A stretch of 64,000 nucleotides of DNA from the human T2T-CHM13v2.0 reference genome, Homo sapiens. Positions 1 through 12,700 of the stretch are shown here, piece by piece (the first letter of the stretch is position 1; each line of letters begins with the position of its first letter). The notes under the pieces were generated by a model, which worked only from the letters and a program-made list of their open reading frames with translations, did not search any database and was not told the DNA's origin. The translations under genes were made by a program, and so were the position numbers. The stretch lies in NCBI RefSeq assembly GCF_009914755.1, contig NC_060935.1; one strand, written 5' to 3'.

Positions 1-371
1 TTCTTTAAATATAAAAAATATTCTAGAGTTTGTCTTCAATTGATTTTACGATACATTTTAATACAGAGATCCTATCATTTCTAATGAACCCAAATCTATC
101 AACATTTCCTTAGAATTTCTATAAATTGATTGATGTTTTTAATGTCTTTTTATATCTAAAATTCTTTCACTTGAATCTTCAACTGGTTTATTCATTTATT
201 TTTATACATATAATTTTATATTAAGAGGGCAATTTATTTTTATGTATTATGTAATATGAGGATCTAATTTAATTTTTCTCATTTTTTTCACTGACTGCTT
301 CTTTTTCTACTCTCTTAAGACGATACTTTTGTAATTTAGAGACACATTTTATAACTGTGTCCTCTTATATA

Positions 372-741
372 TGCTACAGTTTGAATGTGTTTCATAAAAT
401 TCATATGTTGAAACTTAAATGCCAATTTAAGGTCATTAAGAGGTGTGGCCTTTAGGGGGTGATTAAATCATGAGGGCTGAGCTCTCATGGTTGAGACTGA
501 GACTCTTTAAAACAACATGAGGGAGTGGGTTTACTCCCTTCTGCTCTTCTGCCATGTAAGAACATAGTATTTGCCCCTACTGCCATGAGAGGATGTCGCA
601 AGAAGACCTCTCTGGACGCCTAATGCCAGTCCCTTGATGTTGGATTTCTCAGCCTTCAGAACTGTAAGAAACACATTTTTGTTCTTTGTAAGTTACCTAG
701 TTTGTGGTATATTCTTATAGCAGCACATAAAAACTAAAGCA
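372..741 (+). mobile_element. MaLR solo LTR, MST family (MSTC/MSTD-like)
   Basis: Starts TGCTACAGTTTGAATGTG, contains 'gattaaatcatgagggctgagctctcatg' and 'agccttcagaactgtaagaaa', and ends 'tatagcagcacataaaaactaaagCA'. Flanks ATATA/ATATG resemble a 5-bp TSD. Confidence 0.8.
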
Positions 742-927
742 ATATGTTAATCATAAAAATATCTGAAAAAAACAGTTAAAGAACAGAATCAATTTTTCTG
801 TAATCTTATAAGACCTATGATAGTCTATCTAACAATGCTGGTATATCTTTTTCTAAATATACAGATGTAGTTATAGACCTATTTTGCCCACAAATACAGT
901 ACAATAATGTGCATTTTAAGCTTTTTA

Positions 928-1220
928 TTCTTCATTGGATAAGTATTTATTTTCCTTCTATTCTGTTTCAGGCATTGTGCTAAGTGCTAGGAATACAATC
1001 AATGATGGGTTGATAGAAACTACTCTCATAAAACTTATCAACAAAAACTAACAGTTAAAAATAATTTTAAAATTACATAAACAGTGTATTATTGCATTTC
1101 TGGTAATTGGAACAAAGGAAGAAAAGAGAATACCTCAAGAGAATGTAATAGAAGAACCTTAGATTTTTCTGAGTATTCCAGGAAGGTGTCTCTGTATTTA
1201 AGCCCTAAAGGATGAGCAAA
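928..1220 (-). mobile_element. L2 LINE 3' fragment
   Basis: 'aagtatttatt...caggcattgtgctaagtgctaggaataca' is the typical reverse-complement L2 3' end. Confidence 0.6.
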
Positions 1221-1807
1221 GTTAGATAAACCTTTCTAGGCTATGGTGGTTTCTTTAAGACCTTAGCAAAAAATTAAACTAAAAGCTAAGAAACAAAAAG
1301 AAACGTCACTGAACTTTTGTCAGTGCCCTGGCAGGGAATATTGATCCATTGATTAAGATTGCCAGTTATAGTTTTAGGTATATTTGTAGATATACCAAAA
1401 AGACCTGACTTTTAAACTGTTATACCTAATAAACTACTTGGAAAAAACATTTTGTGGTATTTAATTTAAAATTTGGAAAAGAGGTACTTGCTTTACAAAG
1501 GATTTTAAGTATTTTTAAATATATTTTTAGATCTCTAGAAGCATTTAAAATAGAATTTGATTTACAAAAATATAATGAATTTGAAACTCCTTGAAACCAT
1601 ATTTCTAGTATAAATAAGGTAATTCTACATCCAATATTTATAAAAATATCTTTTATGTTGCTTTTATCTCATTCTACCATGTTTGGCATTCTAAATTGTG
1701 CTCATGTTTTAAGAAACATCAATACCAGCAAAGAAACCTATATAACCAGAATATTGTTATAGCAATAAAAATAAAACATGCCTTCTGGTAATATGTGGTC
1801 AGAATTT

Positions 1808-2010
1808 ATGTGGTAGTGGAAAGAGTAGTGGCCTTAAAATAAAGTAATCCAGTTTTGAGTCTCAGCCACCTTGCCACTTATTACCTGAGTGTCCTTAGGG
1901 AAGTCATCTTACTTTTCTGAATAAATTATTTTATTACTTAAGATACTCACCTAGTCCACAGCAACACTGTGAATTTTACATGAGATTTATAAAGGCAGTT
2001 TGCAAAGCAT
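1808..2010 (+). mobile_element. MIR SINE
   Basis: MIR core 'ttttgagtctcagc...gccacttattacctgagtgtccttagggaagtcatcttac'. Confidence 0.65.
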
Positions 2011-2016
2011 TCAGCT

Positions 2017-2023
<7 letters not shown>

Positions 2024-2047
<24 letters not shown>

Positions 2048-2331
2048 GAGACGGAGTGATCTCACTTTGTCGCCCAGGCTAGAGTTCAGTGGCACAATCT
2101 AGGCTCACTGCCAGTTCCGCCTCCCGGGTTAACGCCATTCTCCTGCCTCAGCCTCCGGAGTAGCTGGGACTACAGGTGCCCGCCACCATGCCCGGGTAAT
2201 TTTTTGTAATTTTAGTAGAGACGGGGTTTCACCGTGTTAGCCAGGATGGTCTCGATCTCCTGACCTTGTGATCCGCCCACCTCAGCCTCCCAAAGTGCTG
2301 GGATTACAGACGTGAGCCACCATGCCCGGCT
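2024..2331 (-). mobile_element. AluY, full length
   Basis: Poly-T followed by the antisense dimer with AluY-type 'acgccattctcctgcc' and 'accgtgttagccaggatggtctcgatctcctgacc'. TSD agctatttg(t/c)att starts at 2013 and 2332. Confidence 0.95.
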
Positions 2332-3394
2332 AGCTATTTGCATTTTTATGTTCTCTATGCTTTATGATTAACTTATACTGGCCATATACTTTTTAGTACA
2401 ATTGTTCGCCAAATATTTGGGAATTAGACTTGTTATCTTTAGTGAGATCAACAGCTACAAACCCCAATTTCAAAGTTTAATTGTATGCCCTGTGAATTAA
2501 ATCCAAGTCACTTTTGGTAAAAGTGCTATTTTTATTTAGAACTGTATATGCAATCTTGATACTGCTTAGTAGAAAAGGTGCTGTAAAGGCAACCAAACAA
2601 ATAGACATTTTACCCCCTCCGTGGTTCACAATTATGGAAACACCTGGGCCAAAAAAGAACTTTCTATTGATTCACTATGATAATTCATGAGACTCAAGGG
2701 CCCTCCATATTTTAATCCTTCCCAGAAAGTAGAGTTATGATCTTCAAGTGACTACAGAGTAAAGCAAGAATGAACTCACTTAAAAAATACATCATACAAT
2801 AATAGTTTTGAAAGAAACACTGCTCATAGTGAACAGCTGTGTTACTTGACTTTAAAATATTTGTATGTGTCCTGTTAACCCAGTTTCTTTAGGAGTGCAA
2901 GGTGGAGCTTTGATTATGCTAGGAAATTAAGAGAAGCTTCTGCTGGATTGATGGTTTAAACTTCTATTGATCTAGGAAATTATTTTTCTAAAACAGTTAA
3001 ATATTGTTTCTTTATGACATATCTCAGTGAATAGCTAATGTATCTCAGGAATGTACAAATGCTCAGATTTGTACATTGTTGATATTTAAAATAACCTAAC
3101 TGCAGAAGTAGATAAATTACCACGTTTATCAAAATCTCAAATACATTAAGCCAAATGAATAATGCATCATGAATTTTTGCTTATGTATATTAAGATTTTA
3201 GACCATGAGAATTACAATCTTCATATAATACATTGCAGGATTTAGAAATTCGAAGATTTAAAAAAAATAATATTACTACTTACTTGTATATTAGACATAT
3301 CTTAGGTACAGAATAAATAACCAAATTCTCAAGAACCCTCTTTAGATCCATTTTTTTCCTAAGTCTGTTTAAAATTTTATTTAGTGACATTGTT

Positions 3395-3760
<366 letters not shown>

Positions 3761-4324
3761 TGCAAGAAATGAGAAATAAAGATGCAATGTGCTAAAAATA
3801 AAGAAAAGAACCTCAAATAATTGCTGGGAATAGTCCTTTTTCAGACAAGTCATTTTACTGATAAGTCACTATAGTTTCTCTAAAAGAAGAAAAGATGAGT
3901 TATTGTTACAAGCTGTTGTACTCAGTACTTAAAAGATTATGCAGCAGTAATACTTACAGATAAGAAATTAGATTAATCTGAGATTCTCAAGCCAATAAAA
4001 TCACTAGTAGAAAGTATTTATTCTTGATTAAAATCTGTAAATAGTTTACCCTGAACTGTATCATGGGTATTTTATTATAATAAGTACATATCATGAAAGC
4101 TGGTGAGAGACTACAAATAGCTTTGCCACTAGGATTTTAGTTGCCATGGAAGTCACCTAGTGAAGCCTCAGGTTTGTTCCATGCGGGAAATAATGGAAGA
4201 TGCACTAATGCCAATAGTAAAACTACCCAGCTTCCACTCATGGATTTGAAGGTTATTGAAGGATGCCAGGATGGAGGCAGTTCAGTCATTATATTCCTCA
4301 TCTTTAGGATTTCAATTTGTTTTT

Positions 4325-5730
4325 TTTTTTAATTATTTGTATTTCTTTGTCAAACTTTTTATTTTGTTTATTCTTTTCCAAATTTTATTTAATTTTTATC
4401 CATATGTTTTCATAGTTCAGTGAACTTCGAGAGGATTATTTTGAATTCTTTGTCTATCATTTCACAGATCTCCCTTTCTTTAGGGTCCATTGTTGGATTA
4501 TTGTTAGTTCCTTTTGGAAGTGTTGTGATTTCCCGAGACATTGTAATCCTTGTCTCCTTCTTGATGTCTATATATTTGAGGAGACATTACTTTTTCTGTC
4601 TTTTACAGGTATTCTTTGGCAGAGATAGACCTTTACTATTTACCCTGTGACTCTGCATGAGCCAGCTGTTAACCACCCTAGTCAGACAGAGCTTGCTTTA
4701 GGTTTCTCTAGATACTGGTTCATTGCCTTTGCTCTAAGTTCTGGTGGGGAGGCTGGCTAAACTCTGCAATTAGACTGAGCCGCTGGATGGGCACTCCAAT
4801 TGCCTCTGAATGGGTTGGGCAACAAAATACACTCCCTGGCCAGATTTTATTGTTATTTTAGTTCAAAAGTTTAACAGGATTTTGGGAGGGGCCCTGAGGT
4901 TAGGTAGAGTTGTTGATTGAGATGAATGAGACCAGTTGCTATGCTCAGTAGAAATGCATGGTTAATTTTTGTCTTCCTGCCTAGGTGGTGCCTTTGGGTG
5001 GACATTAAAGCTAAAGTAATTACTGTTTCTTGGGGGTGGTAGATCTATCTCCTGTTCTTTGAAATTTCCTGCATTGGTCATTTATCTTCCTGGGAAGGCC
5101 TTGGGCTGGGCTTTGCGGCCAAGCAGAGGCAGTTAGACTCCTAAGTGTGGTGTAACTAGCTTCCACCCTTTAACTAAATTTGCTGTAGTTGTCATTTCCT
5201 TCCATGGTTGGGTCCTTGGGGTAGAGTCTGAGGCTAGTCCTAAAGGCTGGCTGCCTGGGGATTAAAGCCCAGTAGAACTTCCACCACTTCTAGGAGTGAC
5301 CAGCTCAGTTTTGCAGGTGAGCTATGCTATTAACTGATACCTCTGATTGAGTGTTACTGCTCACAGGTACATAGAGCTACCATGAAGATCTGTCTACTGG
5401 CCATTATGGGCTATCTTTCCACCTGATTCCAGGTGAACTAGACATGCCATTTCTCTTAGCATGGCTCGTTTGGTGAGACCAGAGTGGGCTCCATGGAAAG
5501 CATCTTGGAATACTAAAAAAATTGAATGTTTGCCTCTGGTTCTCTTTTCCCTTGGCAGAAATCATCATCCCTGGGGAATCCTCTGTGTGGCATGATGCTG
5601 ACTCGGAGGGGGAAGGGGGAAGGTTGTCATAATGAAGCTGTTTGTTTTGCCCTTTCCATGTGGTTTTGTGAACTATGTAGGTGATTCAGGCTTATTCACA
5701 AATTTGGAGGTTTCCACCAACGTAATTCTT
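4325..5730 (-). mobile_element. Old L1M 5' region (ORF1 N-terminus and 5' UTR)
   Basis: 'gaggattattttgaattctttgtct...catttcacagatctccctttctttagggtcc' matches antisense L1M ORF1 start. It is followed by GC-richer, 5'-UTR-like sequence. Confidence 0.6.
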
Positions 5731-5895
5731 GGGTCATTTTGTAAGTATATACTTCAATGCTTAAGGAACAGTCAAAGTCTTTCCAAAAGGCATTGTACCA
5801 TTTTATATTCCTACCACATTCTTGTTAATACTTGCTATAGTCTATTCTACTACTTGTGTATTAGTACACCAGTGAGATTTGATTTTGATTTCTAC

Positions 5896-6342
5896 TGTGA
5901 GACAAAGTATCAAACATAAGAAGTCACATTTGCTAATTTCTGCTTGCCAGCACAAATTCATAAGCCCCTGACTGTGTGACAATGTGCTGCTCTCCGAATG
6001 GATGCTTTGAAGACAAAACAGGATAAAGCACATGTCCCTCTCTGCCACATCTCTTGCCTTATATTCCTCAAAAGAAAAATGACCCTAGTTCTTGCCTTTT
6101 CCTACAAATAAGATAATGTATTATGGGGTTTGTGATTATGCTTCTGTAATCTATAGCCAGATGAACACTTATACCCAAACCGTGATGTGATTTAAGGTAA
6201 CTTCTGAGCAAGTGTAATATGATTTTTTAAAGGTACTGAACTCCCACCACCTGCATAGAAGCAGTGGGCTGAAATATATTATAGAGCAGTCTGATAGAAG
6301 CACTCTAAAGAGCTACTTCCAGGCAGTAGGTCTCAGTCTGCC
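5896..6342 (+). mobile_element. ERV LTR fragment (family not confidently named), between old L1 fragments
   Basis: Starts TGTGAGACAAAGTA, continues with LTR-like 'catttgctaatttctgcttgccagca...gatgctttgaagacaaaacaggata'. Antisense L1M ORF2 remnants flank it at about 5740-5893 and 6345-6650. Confidence 0.55.
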
Positions 6343-6656
6343 CACATATATTTTGAGTTATTTTCTAACCCAAAGTAGAAAAAATAAGTTCTATATTTTT
6401 GTGATAGAAATGTTTTAGTTTTAACATAGAAATTTTACTCTCTAAAAGTTTACTCTTAGGTCCTATGATTCATTTTCATTTTAATTTTAGTGTACATGTG
6501 AATTAAGAGTTGAAATTACATTTTCTCCATATGGATAACCCATTGATCTGGCACCATTTGTTGCAGATACTCTTCAACATTGAATTACCTTGATATCTTG
6601 TTGAAAAATAATTAACCATATATATGCAGTCTCATTTTCTGACATTTTATAATCTG

Positions 6657-7765
6657 TTTTTTACTATTATTTTAAGGTCAGGGGTACATGTGCAGGTTTG
6701 TTATATTATAGGTGAACTCATGTCATGGGGGTTTGTTGTACAGATTATTTCATCACCCAGGTGTTAAGCCTAGTAGCAATTATTTATTTTCCTGAGCCTC
6801 TCCCTCCTCCTAACCTCCACCCTCAAGTAGGTCCCAGTGTCTGTTGTCCCCTTCTTTGCATTCATGTGTTCTCCTACTTACAAGTAAGAACATGTAGTAT
6901 TTGGTTTTCTGTTCCTGTGTTAATTTGCTAAGGATGATGGCCTCCAGCTCCATTCATGTTCCTGCAAAGGATATGATCTTATTCTTTTTTATGGATGCAT
7001 AGTGTTACATGGTGTATTTGTATAACGTTTTTCTTCATGCAGTCTACTACTGTTGGATATTTATGTTGATTCCATGTCTTTGATATTGTAAATAGTGCTG
7101 CCATAAATATTCACATGCATGTGTCTTTACGGTAGAATGATTTATATTCCTATGGGTATATGCCAGTAATTGGATTGCTGGGTTGAATGGTATTTCTGTT
7201 TTTAGGTCTTTGAAAAATTGCCACACTGTTTTTCACAATGGTTGAACTAATTTACATGCCAACTACCTGTGTATAAGCGTTCCTTTTCTCTGCAACCTCA
7301 CCAGCAACTATTATTTTTTGACTTTTTAATAATAGTCATTCTGACTGGTATAAGATAGCATCTCATTGTGATTTTGATTTGCATTTCTCTAATGATCAGT
7401 GATGTTGAGCTTTTTTTCATAAGATTACACATGCATGTCTTCTTTTGAAAAGTGTCTGTTCATGTCCTTTGCCCACATTTTAATAGTGTTGTTTGTTTTT
7501 TGGCTTGTACATTTGTTTAAGTTCCTTGTAGATGCTGAGTATTAGACCTTTGTCTGATGTATAGTTGCAAAAATATTTTCCCATTCTGTACACTGTCTGT
7601 TTAATCTGTTGATAGTTTCTTTTGCTGAGCAGAAGCTCTTTAGTTTAATTAGATCCCACTTGTCAATTTTTGCTTTTATTGCGAATGATTTTGGCATCTT
7701 CATCACAAAATTTTTGCTCATTCCAATGTCTAGAATGGTATTGCTTACGTTGTCTTCTAAGGCAT
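6657..7765 (-). mobile_element. 5'-truncated L1PA13-15-like LINE
   Basis: 3' UTR 'ggggtacatgtgcaggtttgtta...cagattatttcatcacccagg...cctccaccctcaagtagg', followed by antisense ORF2 C-terminus. Confidence 0.9.
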
Positions 7766-7843
7766 TGTATCTAAAAGTTCTAATTCTCAGGGTTTGTTTT
7801 TACCCATAAAGATGCAATAGTAACTACGACAGACACTAGTAGG

Positions 7844-8232
<389 letters not shown>

Positions 8233-8237
8233 AAGTA

Positions 8238-9103
8238 GAATTTCCTCTACTTGATGAAGGAGATCTATGAAAAGCATATAGTTAATAGCACATGTAAGAA
8301 AATTCAATGCTTTCTCCCTACATGAGGAACAAAGCAAGTGTCTCTACTCTTACCACTTTAATTCAACAGGAGACTTATATGGTTTTTTTCTACTTTCTCT
8401 GGCTATAATCAGTGCAATAATGTAAGAAAAAGAAATTTTTAAATCTACATTGTAAAAAAAAGTCAAACTCTATTCAAAGTTTATTTTCTCTGTAGAGAAT
8501 CTTAAGAAATATTTCAATAAGCCTGTAAACTTAATAAGTGAGTTGATCAAAGTTGTAGGATGCAAGATTGACCTACAAAAGTCACCTATATTTCTATTAC
8601 TAATAATGAAGAAAAAAAGTTGACATTTTGAAAATATTATTTATAAGAGCATCAAAAATATAAAATACTTAAGGATAAATGAGACACAAGGTATTCAGAC
8701 TAGTACACTGGAAATCTCAAAACATTGCTGGGGGAAATTAAAGAGGACTTAAAGAGGTTGAAGGATATATAGTGTTCCTGGATTGAGAGACTTAATATTT
8801 TTAAGGTCCTGTTAAGATATAATTTTTCCCTTAATTACTTTATAAACACAATGGATTCTCAGTCAAAATCCCAGTAGATTTTTTTTTTTGGCAGAAATTG
8901 ACAGACTCTTCTAAAACTCATATGGGTATTGAAAGGACCAACAAAAGCAAAAACAACTTAGTAACAGAGAAATAATGATAGAGGATTTACACTACTTAAC
9001 TAAAAAACTTACATAGAGCTTCTGAAATCCAAAATTCAAACAGTGTGGTATTGGCATGTAAGACAGAAAAAAGGATCAACAGAACAGAATAAAATACAGA
9101 GGA

Positions 9104-9141
<38 letters not shown>

Positions 9142-9742
9142 TCAATTGATTTTGACAAATGTACAAAGACAATTCTCTGAAGAATAGTCTTTTAAATGTG
9201 GTTTCAGAATTATTGGATATCCATAAGCAAAACAATAAACATCAATCTATACCTTACAAATACAAAAAAAAATCAAAATGTATTGGAGTCCTAAATGTAA
9301 ATCCTGTAGTTCAAATACTTCAAAAGTAAAACATAAGAGAAAAATGTAATCATGGGCTAGCTAATGGTTTCTTGGACATGACATTGAAAGTGTGATCTAT
9401 AAAGAAAAAATATATAAATTGACCTTCATCAAACTCAGAAACTACTTTTCTTTGCAGACACTGTTAAGAGAATAAAAAGACAAGTGGCAAACTGGTAAAT
9501 TACACATTTACAAATCACATGTCTAATAAAATAGTTATGAATATTTAATAAATTATCAAAACTTAGTAAGGAAACACACAACTCTATAAAAGATGAGCAA
9601 AAGATTTGAGTAGACACTTTACTAAAGTTATACAGATTGCCAATATGCATGTGAAAATAAACTGAACAACTTTAGTGATAAGGGAAATTCAAATTAAAAC
9701 AAAAACGAAGAAATACTGAAAAACTATCATAATACCTAAAAT
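8238..9742 (+). mobile_element. Old L1M (L1MC/L1ME-type) ORF2 remnant
   Basis: Decayed ORF2 motifs such as 'aattcaatgctttctcccta', 'acagtgtggtattggcat' and 'ttgattttgacaaa'. It appears to resume after the L1PA16 at about 15585. Confidence 0.75.
9114..9141. repeat. (CA)n microsatellite
   Basis: About 14 AC units, preceded by (TACA)n. Confidence 0.95.
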
Positions 9743-9743
9743 T

Positions 9744-12700
9744 AGAGGGAGCCAAGATGGCAAACTAGATGCAGTCAGGAAGATTATCTCCCACCAATTA
9801 ACCAGGGCTTCCAGAAGACTGACACATTATGAGCAGATCTTCGAAGGAAAGGTATTGAGAGTGGACGGGAGGAAGATGTAGACTCTGGGCTCAAAGAGGA
9901 GGAAGCTAAAAACCTTGCAAGGGGCTGCTGAGCACTGGGACTCATTCCTGGCCCCCAGTGGCTTCTGGTGAAAGAGTGAAAGGTGTCAGGGGCAGGATTC
10001 CAGCCTGAGCCTGTGTAGAGCCCAAAGGGTGTGGGAATGGTTGCATGGAGGATGGCCAGGGCCACCCATCCCCTAAAGCTCACCATGCCCCTCTTGGTGG
10101 TTTTGGTCTTTGGTGACTGTGTGATCTTGCTCATGAAAATGGGCCAATCTGATCTGAGTGTTCCCCTGTCTGCTGGATTTCCCTGAGGCCCCAGTCTGGT
10201 TGTTCTTGGGGGCCATCATCCGAGGTCCTTCACCAGCTGACGACACCTAACTATCAGAGAGCACCACAAAACCAGTCTCCACTAACATGTACCCATCCAC
10301 GTGCAACCCCTTCCCAACACAGCCTTCTCTCACATGCACTCACCCAGAGTGCCCCCCATACTGGTTTGCCAGCATATATACCTTGGAGGATCTTGCCTCC
10401 TCTCCCCTGCTGGCACACATGCCTGCTGCTGATGTGAGACTATATGCATGGCCACTCCCACCTCGGTGTCACCAGCACCCTTTCCCACTTTCCCCAACAA
10501 TGCACAGCCTCTCTGCCACACTACCACTGATGCTGGTACACATGAGCGAGCACCAATTCCACTGCCACTGCCCTGACGAAGCACTTTGACCAGCACGCCT
10601 CATCAAAGTGTTGTTGCCTGTGGACTGCGAACACCCCAGCCCCTCCAGCACAGCAGGTTTCTAACCCTGGGGGGCCAGAGAACAAAGCTGAGTATCTAGT
10701 ACAAGTCCTGCAGAGTTAAAGCATCCAGCCCAAGAGTGCTGAGTTGAGCCTTGCCCCTCTGAAATCTTCCAGAAATGAAGCCAGTTAACTGGACCCAACT
10801 TACACCACAATCAAATCCTAAAAAGGGTCAAAGAATAGAAAAGGAAAAAACTCTACTCAGGAGGCATAAACTTCAAAAATTAAAGGAAAATTAGCCCATA
10901 TAGATGAGAAAGAACCAGTGCAAGAACTCTGGCAACTCAAAAAGCCTGAACTCCTTCTTACCTCCAAATGACCACACTATTTCCCTGGCAATAGTGCTTA
11001 ATCAGGCTAAAGTGGCTGAAAAGACAGACATAGAATTCAGAATCTGGATACAGATAAAGATTGTCGAGATTCAGGAGAAAGCCAAAACTCAATTCCAGTA
11101 ATCTAAGGAATACAATTAAAATAATACAGGAGTTGATAGGCAAAATGGCAATTTTAGGAAAGAACAAAACTGATCTAATACAGCTGAAAAATCACTTCAA
11201 AAACTCTATAATACAAATTGCAAATATTAAGAGCAGAATCAATCAAGCAGAGGAAGGAATCTCAGAGCTCAAAAACTTGTTCTCTGAAAGAACTCAGTAA
11301 GAAAAAAATAAAGAAAAAAGAATGAAAAAAAAACCTCAGAGAAATATGGGATTATGCAAAGAGACTAAATGTATGACTCATTGGTGTCCCTGAAAGGGAG
11401 GGTTACAAAGCAAGAAACTTGGAAAACATAACTGAACATATTAGCCATGAAAATTTCCCTAACCCTGCTAAAGAAGATAACATTCAAATTCAGGAAATGC
11501 AGAGGACACCTGCAAGATACTATACAAGAAGATCACCCCCAAGACACATAGTCGTCAGATTTTCCAAGGTCAAAATGAAAGAAAAAATATATTAAAGGCA
11601 GCTAGAGAAAAGGGTCAGCTCACCTACAAAGGGAAATTCACCAGGCTAATGTCAGACATTTCAGCAAAAACTCTACAAGCCAGAAGAGATTGGGAGCATT
11701 ATTATAAAGCATTATTAATGAAAAGAAATTCCCATCTAAAATTTCATATTCTGCCAAACTAAGCGTTATGAGTGAATAAGAAATAAGATCCTTTTCAGAC
11801 AAGCGAATGCTAATGAAATCAATTACCTGCCTTAAAAAAGTTCATTAGGAAAGTGCTAAACACAGAAAGGAAAGACTATTACCAGCCACTACAAAAACAA
11901 ACTTAAGTACATAGACTATCGGCATTACAAAGCAACTACTCAATCAAGTCTGCATAATAACCAACTAACAACACAATGACAGGATAAAATCCGCACATAT
12001 CAATATTATCTTTGAATGTAAATGGGCTAAATGCCCCACTTAAAAGGCAGAGTGACAAGCTGGATAAAAAAAAGAAGACCCAATGGTATACTGTCTTCAA
12101 ACGATCCATGTCATATGCAATAACATCCATAGGCTCAGGGTCAAGGGATAAAAAGAAATCTATGAAGCAAATGGAAAATAGAAAAAAGTAGAGGTTGCTA
12201 TTTCAATTTCAAGCAAAACAGACTTTAAACCAACAAGGACCACAAAAGACAAAGAAGGGTGTTACATAATGGTAAAGGAATCAATTCAACCAGATGACCT
12301 AACTGTCCTGAATATATATGTACACAACACAAAAGCACTCAGATTCATAAAACAAGTTCTTAGAGACTTCTGAAGAGACTTGGATAATCACACAATAATA
12401 GTAGGACACTTCAACACCCCACTGACAGTATTAGATGAAGACTAACGAGATATTTGAGACCTGAACTTGACATTGGAACAAATTTGTCTAACAGGTATCT
12501 ACAGAACTCTCTACTTCAAACAACAGATTATATATTCTTCTCATCTGTACATGGCACATACTCTAAAGTCTGCCACGCAATTGGCCATTAAACAATGCTC
12601 AGCAAACTAACAAAAAAAAAGAGAAATCATACTGACCCATCCTTGGACTACAGCACTATAAAAATAGAAATCGATACTAAGAAGATCACTCAGAACAGTA

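Noticed and set aside
10260-10680. C-rich, GC-elevated segment with overlapping ORFs, as a CpG island or gene
   Set aside because: It is CpG-depleted and lies within the L1PA15/16 5' UTR.
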